Below, piece after piece: positions 11,721-24,909 of a DNA stretch of 64,000 bases. The translations under genes and the position numbers were made by a program. How positions within the stretch are numbered: the stretch's first letter is position 1; each line of letters begins with the position of its first letter. The stretch comes from Lama glama (Eukaryota). The notes beneath the pieces are model-generated. The model made no database searches, was not told where the DNA came from, and saw only the letters and a list, made by a program, of their open reading frames with translations. The DNA is taken from the NCBI GenBank assembly GCA_028534125.1, contig CM052816.1, positions 78,618,001 to 78,682,000 of the forward strand, given 5' to 3'.

Positions 11721-12689
11721 GAGGTGAGAGGCATGTGCACGAGCAGAGGGTGAGGTGCTGTAAGTTTGCGCCTGAATCAGGGAGAGAGGATGTGAAGTGG
11801 TCCATAAGAGGGAGCTCATACAAATATATTCTATCGTGAGAGTGGATTTCCAAGTGGAGCAAAAGAATCAACACAGACCTATTTACAAAGGTTTTCTAAG
11901 CTCTGATCGTGTCCTCTACAAAGAGCTCTGCCACTGCCCTTTTCACCTGTATTATAATTATCCGTTTATCTAGTCTTCCCCACCAGATTGTGAGAACCTT
12001 AAGGGCAGGGGTTGGTCTCAGAGACGTTGGTCTCATAGAACACAGCACAGCATTGTAGAACCTACAAATTAATGAGATATTCAAGGAATACTGTGTAAAG
12101 AAAGGGAAGTTAGTGGTGTGACGACAGTGAGGGCCTGAAACAGCCCCTGTGGGGCGTGGGAGCATGATCAGGCCAGAGAATGGGGAAGAGTGTTCAGGTA
12201 GTACCGAGCACCTACCTGGCGTCATGAAGTTGTGACAAGTACCTAGCCACCTGTGTGACTCTCTCCACCAGCACCTAAGTGGACAGGGGAGGGAGGCCAT
12301 GAGCCAGGCGTCGTAGATCTTGGTGAGTGCCGGGACCAGGAGGTCAGAAGACAATAATTTAATATGTTTGATGTTTAATGGTATTTCCTGACATCTCAGA
12401 GTTTCACCTGAGACTCCAGCTTAACGATAGGTGATTATAAATGTTTACAGATTCAAAAGAGAGGTGGTGCAGATGCCTATATCCTGGACTTGGAAAGAGT
12501 CAGACAGAAACCAGTCCGTAATGGATTACCCGTCTCTAGGCTATAAAAGGAAAAAACAAAGTATTTGTCCTTCTGCAGAAAGCATCATGGCATTTCCTCT
12601 CACCTTTCCAGGGAAGAAGGTTTTGATTGTCACTACCCTCAAGCCAAATAAGGGGGCTCTCTTGGCCCAGTAGCCCCATGAGGCTTAAG

Positions 12690-13712
12690 ATTGTCAAAAT
12701 TCTCAGATGACCCCCAAATGACCCATACTGTTCTATAATCACCCCTTGGGTGTGGGGGAGACACGTAGATAGGCTAGGATATCACTCCCATGATTATATT
12801 ATATGATATGACAAAAGGAGTTTTCACAAATGTACTTAAGGTCCCTGTGGTAGGGTGGTTTCATCAAAGGGAAGATTATCCTGAGTGGGCCTCTCCTAAG
12901 CAGGTAAAATTTTAAAAATCTTACAAATTTTAGATAGAATTTTCAAAGGTTACTTTCATGCACAGTTATTACAAATATTGGCTATATTCCCTGTGTCGTA
13001 CAGTACCTCCTTGAGCCTGTCTCACACCCAGTAGTTCATCCCACTGCCCCACCTCTGAACTGCCCCTCTCCGTCTGACTACAATCACTAGTTTGTTCTCT
13101 ATGCCTGTTCCTTTTTTGTTATATTCACTAGTGTGTTGTCATTTTTAGATTCCACATGTAAGTGATGTAATACTGTATTTGTTTTTCTCCGTCTGACTTA
13201 TTTCACTTAGTATAATAACCTGTAAGTCCATCCTTTTTGCTAAATGGTAAAATTTTATTTTTTTTATGACTGAGTAATATACCATTTTGTGTGTGTGTGT
13301 GTGTGTGTGTTTGCAGGTAAACTTATAAAAAGGGGTCTAATGGTCTGAGATGTGCTCTTGCTGCTCTGGAAGAAAGCAAAAGCCATGCTGTGAACTGTCT
13401 ATGGGTCACATGACAAGGACCTGTGTGTGGCCTCTAGAAGCTGAGAGTGGTCCCCAGCTGACAGCTGGCAAGAAAATTGGGCCCTCAGTCATATAGCTGC
13501 AAGGAAATGTATTCTGCCAAGAAGCTGTATGCTTGAAAGAGGATCCTGAATCTCAGGTGAGAAGCACAGGCCTGGCCAACACCTGAATTTCAACCGGGTG
13601 AGACCTTGAGCAGAGGACTCAACAGACTCCTACCTGAACGTCTGACTCATGAAAACTGTGCGATAATAAATTTGTGTTGCTAAGCTTGTGGGTACAGTAG
13701 AAAATGAATACA
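12690..13712 (+). mobile_element. MLT1E/F-like MaLR LTR interrupted by an L1 3' fragment
   Basis: ttctcagatgaccccc start; ggcctctagaagctgagagtggtccccagctgacagctggcaag body; terminus gtagaaaatgaataca. Confidence 0.8.
12919..13312 (-). mobile_element. L1 3' end fragment with TSD, ending in (TG)n
   Basis: tttagattccacatgtaagtgat...tctgacttatttcacttag is L1 3'UTR antisense. TSD gcaggtaaaattttaaaaa (12900-12918) versus gcaggtaaacttataaaaa (13313-13331). Confidence 0.85.
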
Positions 13713-14199
13713 GAGCCTAAGCAAAGTGGTGAGAATTCTTGGGAGATATGCACACCTGGCCCTTAGAGTTGGAGAATGACAAAGGCCTGATTCTTACCTG
13801 GAGAAGTCTGTCTGCAGTGACACTGTGAGGTGAGGCCAGCAGGGTGCAGGCTTATTCTGGGCTGAATTCTCGCTGCAGAAGCTGGGAATGAGGCCTCTCA
13901 AAAGGACTCTACCCAAGAGAGCTGCCGGCTGGGGGGAAGGCAGCCCCAGCAGAGTGGGCTTGAAGATACCCATCAGAGGAAGGGGTGAGGGTGCCAGCCA
14001 GAGAGGGCATTCCCTGGTAAGGAATGTACAGTAGGAGGTCCCCTGAGTGGTGTGGTGGTGGCACGTTGTCTCTGAAAAGCCCGCAAAAGCACTCCGCAAG
14101 AGAAACAAGCAGCAATAAATTACAGGCCAAGACAGAGGGCACTGCTGGCCGGACAGTACCAGCAGGGGTCAAGTAAGAAGTTACCCTTTCCCTCTAATC

Positions 14200-14335
14200 C
14201 ACTGGTTCTCAACAGAGGGCAATTTGTCCCCCACCCCCAGGTTCACTGCTAAACATCCTATAACACACAGAACAGCCCTCACAGCAGAGAATAATGCAGC
14301 TCAAATGTTGATAATTCTGAGGCTGAGAAGTTTTC
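14200..14335. mobile_element. MER20-like DNA transposon fragment
   Basis: cactggttctcaacagagggcaattt...ctgctaaacatccta...gaggctgagaa. Confidence 0.6.
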
Positions 14336-14917
14336 TCTAATCCTTCCTCTCCCTGTCGTGGGGGAGCCAGAGGCAGCAAAGAGAGTACAGGAGAAGGCAG
14401 AGGTCAGGTCAAGACCTCTCACCCTTTCTGTGATGCCCTCCTGCAGAATCTCAGTGCAGCCTCACGTTGGGAGAGAGGGGCAGCTTTGGACTCAATGAGA
14501 AACGTACAAATTGATGGGACATTTTCATACCCCAAAAGGAAGGCTGCTCTGTTAACTACATGTGATCAGAAAAGCTGTGGGAGTCTGAGATACCATCAGG
14601 GGAAGGTCAGGGAAATACAACTGAATGTGTTTAAAGGCAGTTGATAGAGATACAATGAAAGGATTTCCCAAGTGCCCCACACTGGTTCAACTAGGTTAAT
14701 AAAGCTCTTACAATAGTAACAGGTTCAGGGAGAAGATGGTATAGATGAACAGCACGAGCCTCAGAGGAGCAGGGTGTTTTTCAAGAAGGTGGAAGTCCTA
14801 GTGAGGAATAAGGAGAATTCCCGCTGCCTTAGGTCAGGTGCCCTGGAAGCAGAGCCTGAGGCAGGGCTTCCTGGGCGAGAGCGTCAGTAAGGGAGTGTAC
14901 TTGGGTGAAACCCCTTC

Positions 14918-15350
14918 TGTTTGTTTCCCAGAGCTGCCATAACAAAGTACTCAAACTGGATGTCTGGAAACAAGAGATGCTTTATTCCCTCACAGTTCCG
15001 GAGGCTAGAATCTGTACTCAAGGTGTTGGCCAGGTTGGTTCCTTCTGAGAATTTGTTCCACACCTCTTTCCTAGCTTCTGGTGATGACTGGCAATCCTTG
15101 GCAGTCGTCGGCGCATGGGTGCTCCATTTTAATCTCTGCCTCCAGCCGTGAGCTTCTCCCTGTGTCCCTGTGTCTTCACATTATAAGGGCACCACTCATG
15201 CTGGATTAAGGATCCCCCCTATTCCAATATGACCTCATCTTAAATAATTACATCTGCAATGAGCCTTTCCAAATGGGATCACACTCTGAGCTGCTGGAGG
15301 TCAGGACTTCAACATCTCTTTTGAGGGGAAGCACAGTTCAGCTCATAACA
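14918..15350 (-). mobile_element. MLT1 LTR nested in an LTR16-like remnant
   Basis: gctgccataacaaagtac...cacagttccggaggctagaa...atgacctcatcttaa...gctcataaca. Confidence 0.8.
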
Positions 15351-15607
15351 CCTCTTTAGGGAATGGGGGTGCAGAAAAGGGCAGGAAGAAGTTTGGCTAA
15401 GACATAAGTTCATTTGTATTCCACCCTCAGCCTGATCCCATGGGGAGATCTGGAGCCTGAATAGCATCACACAGTTGCCCCCTCTCAAAGCTAAGGGGCT
15501 TGCTGTGTTTTGCTGTCCCTGACTCAGTCAGCCAGTAGCCACAAATAGCCCTGAAGGGAAGCTGCATCATCGTGGACGTGTCTGAGGTGGGTTTGCATTC
15601 ACCCTAG

Positions 15608-15787
15608 GGCAGCAGTTGCCAAAATTTACTGTGCACAGTAAACACAGACAGCTGGATTCAACCCCGAGTTTCTGACTTAATAGGTTGAGGTGTGGCGTGA
15701 AATTCTGCATTTTTAACAAGTTCCCCAGGTGATGCTGCTGCTGCTGCTGCTGCTGCTGATCCAAGGACCATGCTCTGAGAAGCACTG
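15608..15787. mobile_element. MER5A-like DNA transposon containing (CTG)8
   Basis: ctgcatttttaacaagttccccaggtgatgct...ggaccatgctctgagaagcactg terminus. Confidence 0.75.
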
Positions 15788-16964
15788 ACGTAGGCAGATC
15801 TCAGGAGGGAGCATCTGCGAGCTGTCAGCCACCCGCGCTTCGAGCAGCCAGGGGATGATGGAATAGCTGCCTGGAGGGGGAGGGGAAGCTGGGCAGGGCA
15901 ACAGCAGTGTGGTCACTGCCCCATCCTTCTGCACAAACCTAAGGTGTGTGGGGAGTGGGGAAGTAAGCACAAAAGGGCTGCAGAGGAATCAGTGTCTTTA
16001 GGAGAGAGCCAGGGTCTTGCTATGGCAAAGAGAGAGAGAAACCTCAAGGCTGTAGAAAGAAGGATGATACCACTGTAGACTGGCAAGTTGTCTGGATAAA
16101 AACCCAGAAGAGGTGTCTATTTTTTAAATAATCAGTGAGACAAGTCTGGTGTACAATAACGAAGCAGGTGATTTTAAAGCTACAAAATCATTCTTGGATC
16201 TCCCCTGCCTTGTGAGCGAATTGGCTGCCACCACCAATTCATTCCTTTTTCTCAATCTCTCTGAATCATTGGGTGGCCGTCAACTATGCAGCAACACCAC
16301 TCAGTCATTCAGAAGACCTGAGGAATCCCACCAAGTGCGCTACAGTCTGGTTATTAGACCATTAGAGACAAAGCAAGCGGTGGCTGAAGCTTAACCATAT
16401 AGCTCTTCAAGTAAGAGAGTTGTCAAAGATCGTATAAAATTGCAGCAATTGCACTGAAACCAAGAAAATGTTCTGTGGTTAGAAAGGGAAAAGAAATTCT
16501 CTCAGACGCATTATACGAAAGACAAATCAAAATAGACAATTGAAAGAAATGGGATAAAAGTAAGTAAAGGGGAGAACAGACTGGATTAGCTCTGATATCC
16601 ACAGAAGTTCCTAGAAAAATAATCTGGGAATAAAGTATGGATCAATTTAACAGCATCAGACTAAATTCTGAAATTGGATGTTTGGAAAATAGCAGAATAG
16701 CTTCAAGTTAATAACAAAGACAGGAAAGTTTTTCTAAGAACTTCTTTTCATTTCAGGTTGAATGGATAATAGAAGACAAAACCCACGTGAAACAAGACAG
16801 GAGCTTCCTTTTCGGGGTAGCATATATTTAAAGGGTCCACAGATTGTCAAATTGAGACCTACATCTTTATATGGCAGCCCCCTGCCCCCCCAAGGAAGCC
16901 TTATGGGACAAAAAGTTGGGATTTTCAAATATCTTGAATTTTGTATGGAAAGTTATTCAACCCT

Positions 16965-17068
16965 TATATATATATTCAACATTATATATATGTATATATA
17001 TATATATTTATATTTATATTTATATATATATAAATGTATCTTTTATATATATATATATAAATGTATCT
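16965..17068. repeat. Compound (TA)n / AT-rich microsatellite
   Basis: About 100 bp of interrupted TA repeats, with tatatatatataaatgtatctt present twice. Confidence 0.9.
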
Positions 17069-17571
17069 TAGGTTAGTAACGTCTCTGCACCTCAACTTAA
17101 GACTTTAAATAAGTTAGTATAAGCAATTAGAAAAGCATCTGGCCTACAGTGAGTCTATATACCAGTTAGCTATTATTATTTATCTTAACCCTGGGAGAGA
17201 AAGAAAGGACAATTTGAATCATATGAGCAATTTTGCCCATTGCTGAAACCAGAGAACATGTGCCGTGATTGAGAGTGAGATGGGAGGTATGAATCTGTAG
17301 TTCCCTCAGTGGAACTTGGCTCCCAGGTACTTTTGTGAGGAGTCTAATGTTTAAGGGTAAATATTTTTCCTGTAACATAGCCTCTAAACAGAAGTCAACT
17401 CCTGCATTTGGCATCTCAACTTAAGAAACAACACTCTGTTCCAGCGCTGGGGGAAAAACTTGTCATATTGTTCTCCAGTGTGGTACATTCTTAATTGATT
17501 TTCAGGTCAATGTGTCTATATGCAATTTGGCCTTAAATTCTGATGTCTAAGATGCTACTGTACTCTACATC

Positions 17572-18049
17572 TGTACTCATTTCCTTTAGCTATTGTAACA
17601 AATTACAGCAGACTTGGTGGCTTAAAGTACTAGAAATTTATTCTCTCACAGTTCTGGAGACCAGAAGTCCAAAATCAGGTTCACTGGGCCAAAATCAAGG
17701 TCTCAGCAGACCCGCACTCCCTCTGGGGGATCTAAGGGGGACTCCAGTGCTTGCCTCTTCCAGTTTCTTGTAGCTGCCAGCATTTGTAGCTGCATCACTG
17801 CAATCTCTGCCCTCCATGGTCACAATGCCTCCCTCTATTCCGTCTGAATCAAATCTTCCTCTGCCTCCCCCTTATAAGGATACTTGTGATTGCATTTAGG
17901 GCCCAGCTGAATAACCCAGGATAATCTCCCCATTTCAAAACCTTTAACTTAATCACATCTACACAATCTCTTTTGTCATGTAAAGAATTACTCAGGGATA
18001 TCAGGAATTAGAATATGAACACCGTTGGAGCCATTATTCAATCTACCAA
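17572..18049 (-). mobile_element. MLT1C/D-like LTR
   Basis: ttctctcacagttctggagaccagaagtccaaaatc...cttataaggatacttgtgattgcatttagggccc. Confidence 0.85.
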
Positions 18050-20224
18050 AATACCCATTAAAACTCTGTGTGTGTGTGTGTTTATGAAAGAGAGAAACAG
18101 AGACAGAGACACAGAGAGGCAGAAAGACAAAATGAGTCAGAGAGCATCTTGGGTGAGACCAGTACTTCGGTTAGATTTGCACACCACTGAGCCAATCCAG
18201 CCATGTTCACAGGTGTAAACTGATCTCCAGAGACGAGAAACTAACTGCCACTCAACAGGCTTTCAGAATCTGCTTTGAGCACACCAGGTGGATCTTCAGT
18301 TACAATATTTCCCAAGCTTTAGTTTAACAAAGCAAGTTCTAGCTCCCCATCCTCTCCATGTGTTGTTTTCAGTAAATACACATTTGGTCTTGTGTGAATC
18401 AAGATTTCTCAAGCCCTGTTTCAGGATCCATATATCTTCTCCCATTTGTCTGATTCCACCACCCCCATCCCACCCCTGCTGGTTTTTCAAATGCTATAAG
18501 GAACAATCAGTTTTGCTGACATGTGGAATCCAATTTTCCAAATTTCCTAATGAGATAAAACCCAGCCAGTAGAAGCGAGAAACTGTCTTTCATCAGAAGA
18601 CAAGGATTGTATGTTTCTATGCATATTGTCAAACTTTCTTGAAAAAGAAAATGGAAAGTGGAAAACTGACTCTTATGCAAGTTAATAGTCAACCTATTTT
18701 TATTCCCCTCTAAATTAAAATGATGCTTAAGAATTAGTGCTAAATAAATAAAATAATAATGACAGTACATTTGGAGGATTATATCTGGGATGCATGCATG
18801 GGAAAGAAAGATCAGAAGGTTCTAAAATCTCCCTATTAATACAAGGTGGTTTTACCAGTTGGAGAAAGTTCAAGAGAATTCAAGTTATATCCCCATTTTA
18901 TTTCACTGATACAAGCAATAATGTGAAAGAAGGCAGATCTTGCAAAACTTTTGATTTATATTCATTTGATTTCGGACTTTGTTGTTTTAGAAGCATCTAA
19001 ATCAAGATCCAGATCACATATAGAAACTGGGTAGGGGAAATGAAATGCTGAACACACAGAGCTTAAGTTATTCCTAAGAAGCCCACCACAATAACTGTAA
19101 TAACCAGCATAAACAGAAAACAGAAATGCTTGAAATAATTCAGATAATTTATTTGTGGGTTTACTCAAACTACTTATGCACTTGGTAGTAGGATTATACT
19201 CCCTCCACCGACCAGTCCTAACTCACCCGTCCATCCAGGTCTCCCATTTGTACCTACCTGTAGACATGTTAATACCAAACATTCTTCCTCCCAGGAATGC
19301 CCACCCTTTTTTTTTCTCGCCATTGGCTAAAACCTACCCACAGTTCAAATTCTACTTCTTGTTTAAAATCTTTCTAAAACATCCAGCTTATATTGACTAA
19401 CACACACACACAGGCTTTACTTGATAGAATTCTATTGTTTTTATCTGTAGCAGTCATTCCTTTGTACTATTTAATTACAAGGGTCACTAAATAGGTGATG
19501 AAGAAAAGGAAGTAAACCTTTTGCCAACATCTCCAAGTTGAGATCCCATTCTTAGACCAATTGCTTGAGAGCAGCTTCTTTTTTCTCAGAATTGCTAGAA
19601 GGAGGGGATGAACAGAGTAAGTGCACGATCGCTGGCTGAAATTTGAACCTTTTGAAAACTTGACAAAAGGATGGAAGCTGGAAAACTGCCATTTCAAAGC
19701 ATCGAGCAGTTTGGTGTGTGCAAAAAGTAGAGAGTTGCACACATTTTTCTTTATTCTGGAAAAGCTACCTGGATGGTATATTTACAAATGTAAAGATTGC
19801 AATCTGAAAAAAAAAAAAAAAGGTTCAGACTGGCTCCAAGGAGTTAGGAGCTAAAGCTACAGTGAATGATAATGTCTGTGTGGTCGGCAGTTACAGCTCA
19901 GGGGAGTGAGTTTCCCTTGAGAGAATGTTTTCTTTCCAAGTACACATTTGAAACTGCTGTGTTGCTGGAAAGCTTTGGCTCTTTGGCATGGAAGGATAAA
20001 AGTGTGTGTTAAGAAGATGCTGTCAAGGGCTCAGACATTGAATGTTAGAGGCCAAGCAGCTCTTCACAAGAAAAGAAATTGCCAGACTTTGGATTTAGAC
20101 CAAGGAGCAGCTTTGAAGCATAGGTCTCTCTACTACGGTCAGCACTGCTTTGGCCCTCCAGAAAGATGGCTTTGGGAAGGCAGTACCCCTGGAAAATACT
20201 ACATAACAGAAGTCCCCCTTCTCT

Positions 20225-20713
20225 GCCAGCAGAACCTTGATCTAATTTGGGGTATCAGTAATTGAAGCCCAAGGGGATGAATCCTAATTGACTAAGCCAG
20301 TTATATTTATCCCATTCCCACTTAGCAGATGATCACTTTCTCAGACTTCCTTGAAGGGCAGTTCATGAGACCTAGTTCTGACCAATGAGATGGAACAGGA
20401 AATCTCCTGGATGCGTGTGAGGGAGGGGGAGGGGATGACGTCTGCTGCTTCTGGAAAGGGTTTTCTTCTCTGAATAAAAGAAAAGAAAACTCCTGCTTTA
20501 GACCATGATGTCTAGAGTCATGAATGGACAAGAAGCCAACACACTGAGGATGGTACAGTGGAAAGATGTAAAGAGCCTGTGCTATAGATACCTGTTGAGC
20601 CAGTTTCAAACCTACAATTGCTTTCCCCCAAACTTTTCCATTGTGTGAAAAAATTACATCTTTATTACGAAGTACATATTCTGTTACTTGCAGGCAAAAG
20701 TGTCCTAAATAAT
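20225..20713 (+). mobile_element. MLT1J-like LTR
   Basis: ctagttctgaccaatgagat...ttctggaaagggtttt...tattctgttacttgcag...tcctaaataata. Confidence 0.65.
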
Positions 20714-21089
20714 AGAGCACCTGACTTTCATCACTGAGAATACCAGCAGCAGAGGACGTGCTGGGGTGACTTGGCTCACAGACCCAAGTGAAAGAACTAG
20801 AGTGAATTTTTCCTGAATGAATACGAGACAGTTTTCTAAAGATTTTCATAAGCATGGCCAAGTTCTTATGCAGATAGTTGGGGCTCAAAGTCACTACAGT
20901 CTGGACCTAATATAAATATGATTTTAATTGGACTCACAGCCCGGTGAGTTACAGGGGACAGACACTGATATTTGAATCTCTCATGATTAGCTGATTATAC
21001 GTAATCAAGTTGTCTATCTCAAAGCACCAGTCTGCGAAGAGATATGGAAATTGCACCAGGATGTAAACCAACATTCTTGCTTCCTTCCT

Positions 21090-21232
21090 CTTTTTTTTTT
21101 TTTTGATGATTTTTTTTGTGTGGGTGGGTAATTAGGTTTACTTATTTATTTTTAGGGGGGTACTGGGGATTGAACCCAGGACCCTGTGCATGTTAAGCAT
21201 GTGCTCTACCACTTGAGCTATACTCACCCCCC
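21090..21232 (-). mobile_element. tRNA-Ala-derived SINE (camelid Vic-1-like)
   Basis: Reverse complement GGGGTGAGTATAGCTCAAGTGGTAGAGCACATGCTTAACATGCACAGGGTCCTGGGTTCAATCCCCAGTAC; Pol III A and B boxes; AAACCTAATTACC 3' block; A-rich tail. Confidence 0.9.
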
Positions 21233-21249
21233 AACTTTTCTTTTAATGC

Positions 21250-21394
21250 ATTTTATTTTTTCATACATTTGAGGGGGGTTGGGGTGAGGTAATTAGGTTT
21301 ATTTATGTATTTTTTTAGTGGAGGTAATAGGGATTGAACCCATGATCTCGTGCATGCTAAGCACGCACTCTACCACCGAGCTCTGTCCTCCCCC
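21250..21394 (-). mobile_element. tRNA-Ala-derived SINE (Vic-1-like), tandem with the previous copy
   Basis: ggattgaacccatgatctcgtgcatgctaagcacgcactctaccaccgagct and the same gtaattaggttt block. Confidence 0.9.
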
Positions 21395-21984
21395 ACTTCT
21401 CATCTTGCCACCAATAAAGAAAAAAATAAAAAGTAAGCTGAATGAGATAACGTCCTTAGAGAGGTAGTTGCTCTACATTTGACAATAGGTTCTTTATCTC
21501 CCTATCTCTTTGCTAATAGGTAACAAACAATTTGGAGACCGGCAGCTGGTCCATAGACTGCACAGGCCAGTGGGTTAGCAGCCAGGTACCTATATAACCT
21601 GCATATGATAATTTACGAGGAAAGAAATCCCATGATGCTACCCTAAAACCTACTCCAGTGATTCACAGTGGAAGGCTTCTTTACATCTTGATGTGCAGGC
21701 TACCAAATTATGGTTCCTTTGAAATTTTCTTTAATAGTACCAAATAAGTATATTTGTAGGCATCATTGCCCACTTAAAAAAATCTGAATCTCTCTAATTT
21801 AACTATTAAGCTAATTTGAAATTTGTTCACAAATGAGAAGTTGGTAACCGTCTAGCCAAGCAGATGGTTGGAAGTAAAGAAATTTCATGTTTCATGTGGC
21901 TTTCAATTAGATCTTTTAACTACACCCAATATAGTACAGTCCTCTTCCTCATGGGGTTAAAAAAATTACTAAATATCTAAGATA

Positions 21985-22480
21985 TCATTTAGAAATTACA
22001 TTCAGCTATGAGAAATAGAAACCTGAAGGGGAAAAAAGTGGCAAATAAATTAAAAGTTCCATTTTTCTCACACGAACGAATTCTGGTGTTAGCTGGTTCT
22101 GGGTTGGGATAATGGCTCTATGATGCCACCAGGTCCCAAATTTTCTGCCTTTCCACTTGGCCATCCTTGGCTGTTGTTTCAGGGTCTCCAGCTGGCTACC
22201 CTACGGTCAGATTTATATTCCTATTCCAGGCAGGGAGAAATGGAAGGACAAAGAGCAAAAGGCACATCGTAGCTAATTTTGACCTCTTAGAGTTAGTTAC
22301 CTCTTACATCACCCTATCTCTAGATACAGTTACATTGTGAGGTACAGCTGTCTAGGACTTCAGCATATGAATCTTAGAGGCACACAGTTCAGCCCACAAC
22401 ACAATTCCAAACATAATCAGGGTTCTGTCGGTAAGAAAGAGGAATGTAACATAGCATGGACACTGCAATGTCTGCCAAAC
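21985..22480 (-). mobile_element. Old MLT1 (K/L-like) LTR fragments
   Basis: ggctctatgatgccaccagg...attccaggcagggagaaatggaagg...aatcagggttctgt...aatgtctgcca. Confidence 0.5.
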
Positions 22481-23104
22481 CTACTCTATTGATTGATTTT
22501 CTTGAAACAAACAAACAAAAAAAGCTTGAAAGTTGCCCCCAATTCAGTTTACATATTTATAATTGTGATGCATGATAAGGACTACCTAGCTGTAGCAAAA
22601 GGCCTGCTTGTTTATTTAAGGTATTTAACTTTTCTTATAATGAAAGACTTTCCCTAGCTGCCGAGAGCTATGTTCTTGTTAGGAACACTCTGGAAGACAC
22701 CAGCAGGTGTCTGTTATGTTGAATAGCAATTTTCACAAGTAAAGGAGAATTTGCTTCCTTGAGGCTCGCTTGTCCTAATGTTTGCTGAGGCCTTTATAAT
22801 TCAATTTATAACTAAGCAGATCACACTTTTTTTTTCCAGTTTTTTTAGTGTCAGAAGATTTTTATCTCTCCTATTTAACTCCATTAAATGAGTTAAGCAC
22901 AGATCCTTGATTTTGTTGGTGATAGTTTTCCTTTTATTTTTAGATTATCCATCATACTAATTAAATGGACATGGTAAGAAGGTACCTTTAATGTTGCTAC
23001 ATATGTCTGTGCTTCAGAGGCTTGGAGAAATGCTACATCTTATGAAGTTTGAGAAACGATTTGTTAGGCAAAGTTCTTTTGATATCTGGCTTTGATTTTT
23101 TTTA

Positions 23105-23490
23105 AAAATATGTAAGAGCTCTGTTGAAATACAATTTCACTTCCCCAAAAAAGTCATACTTTTAAAGTGTAAACACAGTGATTTGTACTATCTTCAGAAT
23201 TGTGCAACCATCACTACTATCTAACTCCAGAATATTGTTATCACCCGAAAAAGAAGCTCCATTCCCATTAGTAACCACCTCCCCCAATTCCTCCAGCCTT
23301 GGCAACCATGCATCTATTCTGTCTCTATACACCTGACTTTTCTGGACATTTCACATAAATGGAATCAGTCAATATATGGGGTTTTTTTGTGTCTGGATTT
23401 TTTCACTTAATACAATGTTTTTATAGGTGCATCCATATGTGTCACATGTATCAGTACTTCATTCCTTTTTATGACTCTATGATATTCTAG
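23105..23490 (-). mobile_element. Old L1 (L1MB-like) 3' end
   Basis: ttgtgcaaccatcactactatctaactccagaat...ttctggacatttcacataaatggaatca...tcagtacttcattccttttt. Confidence 0.8.
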
Positions 23491-24909
23491 TCTACAAATC
23501 TTGCTTTGATTTTAAGGTGTCATTACTGTCAAGGATTTTGTATTAATTCTCTGATTCCCTGGAGAGGCATGGAAAAGCATCTTGGAATTCTAGTCCCTAC
23601 TCTGGTGGCTCCTATGGACCTTAGTTGTGCCACCTACAAAATGAAATGTTTTTCCCTGTATTCTGCAAAGATCCAGCTTCTAAGAGTCTCCATTGAGCCC
23701 TAGGATTATTTTTTTTCCTGAATTAAAAGAAAATCTGCAGATATGTGTTTCAATTTTATCTAAACTAAATTTTTTTCCCTACAAGATGTAAAAATTTTAC
23801 TGAATGTTCTTTTCTTTTTCAGTTGTTTTTGAAGAACTAAGCTTTCAGAAGCATCTAAATTCATATATAGATAGTTTTGTAAATAACCAGGGTTGGAGAC
23901 AAATCAAACCAGGACAGATGTGAAAAAATTTAATTCTCCTGGAAATTATACATTGAAGGATAAATACTCACAGCATCTATTAGTGCCTGTCAAATGAAAA
24001 AAAGAGTATACTGCTTTGATTACGCTAATCCTCTGCTTTTAAAGAGGGAGGAATTTATTCATGCAAACATACACACTGTAAATGTGTGCCACTTCTATTT
24101 GTGAGCACATCTGGCTCAGAAATAGAAGAATCCAGTAGTCAGACCCACCTGCAAGTTCCCACATCTACACAAAAAAGATGAACCACACCCATCACGGCTA
24201 ATAACAAATTTCTTTTTGCATCTGGTTTAACTGAGCTTGAAAAAGGATGTCTGTTATCATATTGTGTGTTCTCACTTCAGAATATCTCTTTCGTTCAATT
24301 CACAGGGGACTTGGTGGGTGAGAGTTGAGAGTGTAGATGGCAGAATTGATTAACTCACCACTGTGTATTTTATAGTGAGAAAAAGATGAAGACAAGCTAG
24401 GTGAAAAGTAAGAAAGTGTGGAATATCTATGTATATGTAAATGAAACTAAAGAAGTTTGAAAGAATAGGTAATAAATGGTTAATAGGACTGGAATGCCTT
24501 AGTTAAGCACGCATGTGGCAGATAAATCCAGGGACCTGATACTTCAGTGAAGTTTCTGGGAGTCCAGTGGAATTGAAACATGCCAGAATATCTCCACAAA
24601 AAGGCAAAAGAAATGGTGGCACACTTTGCACCACTTTCCACCGAGGAAGAAGTGCAATGCTTAATGGATGTCCCAGGATTTAGAGACAGCACAGACCACA
24701 CTTAAGTGGATGGTTCCCATCCATTTACTGAATGACCCTCAAGGCAGCCTGCTTTGAATGAAGGAGACAGAAAGAGAAGCTCTCCAGCTGGTCTAGGCCA
24801 ACATGAGTCCCTTTCTCAGGAAAGCCATGCCCTCCTTAAAAATAACATTTCCCCCTGAGAAACAGCTTTTTGCTTGCTGCTGTGCCTTAGTTGAGACTTA
24901 ATACCTACC

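Noticed and set aside
13900..14710. Possible additional old LTR
   Set aside because: LTR-like impression only; I could not place termini or a family.
15567..15785. PolyQ-containing ORF
   Set aside because: Translation of a CTG microsatellite within MER5A.
20322..20894. 190-aa minus-strand ORF
   Set aside because: Mostly antisense to an MLT1J-like LTR, with a non-ATG start and no protein similarity recognised.
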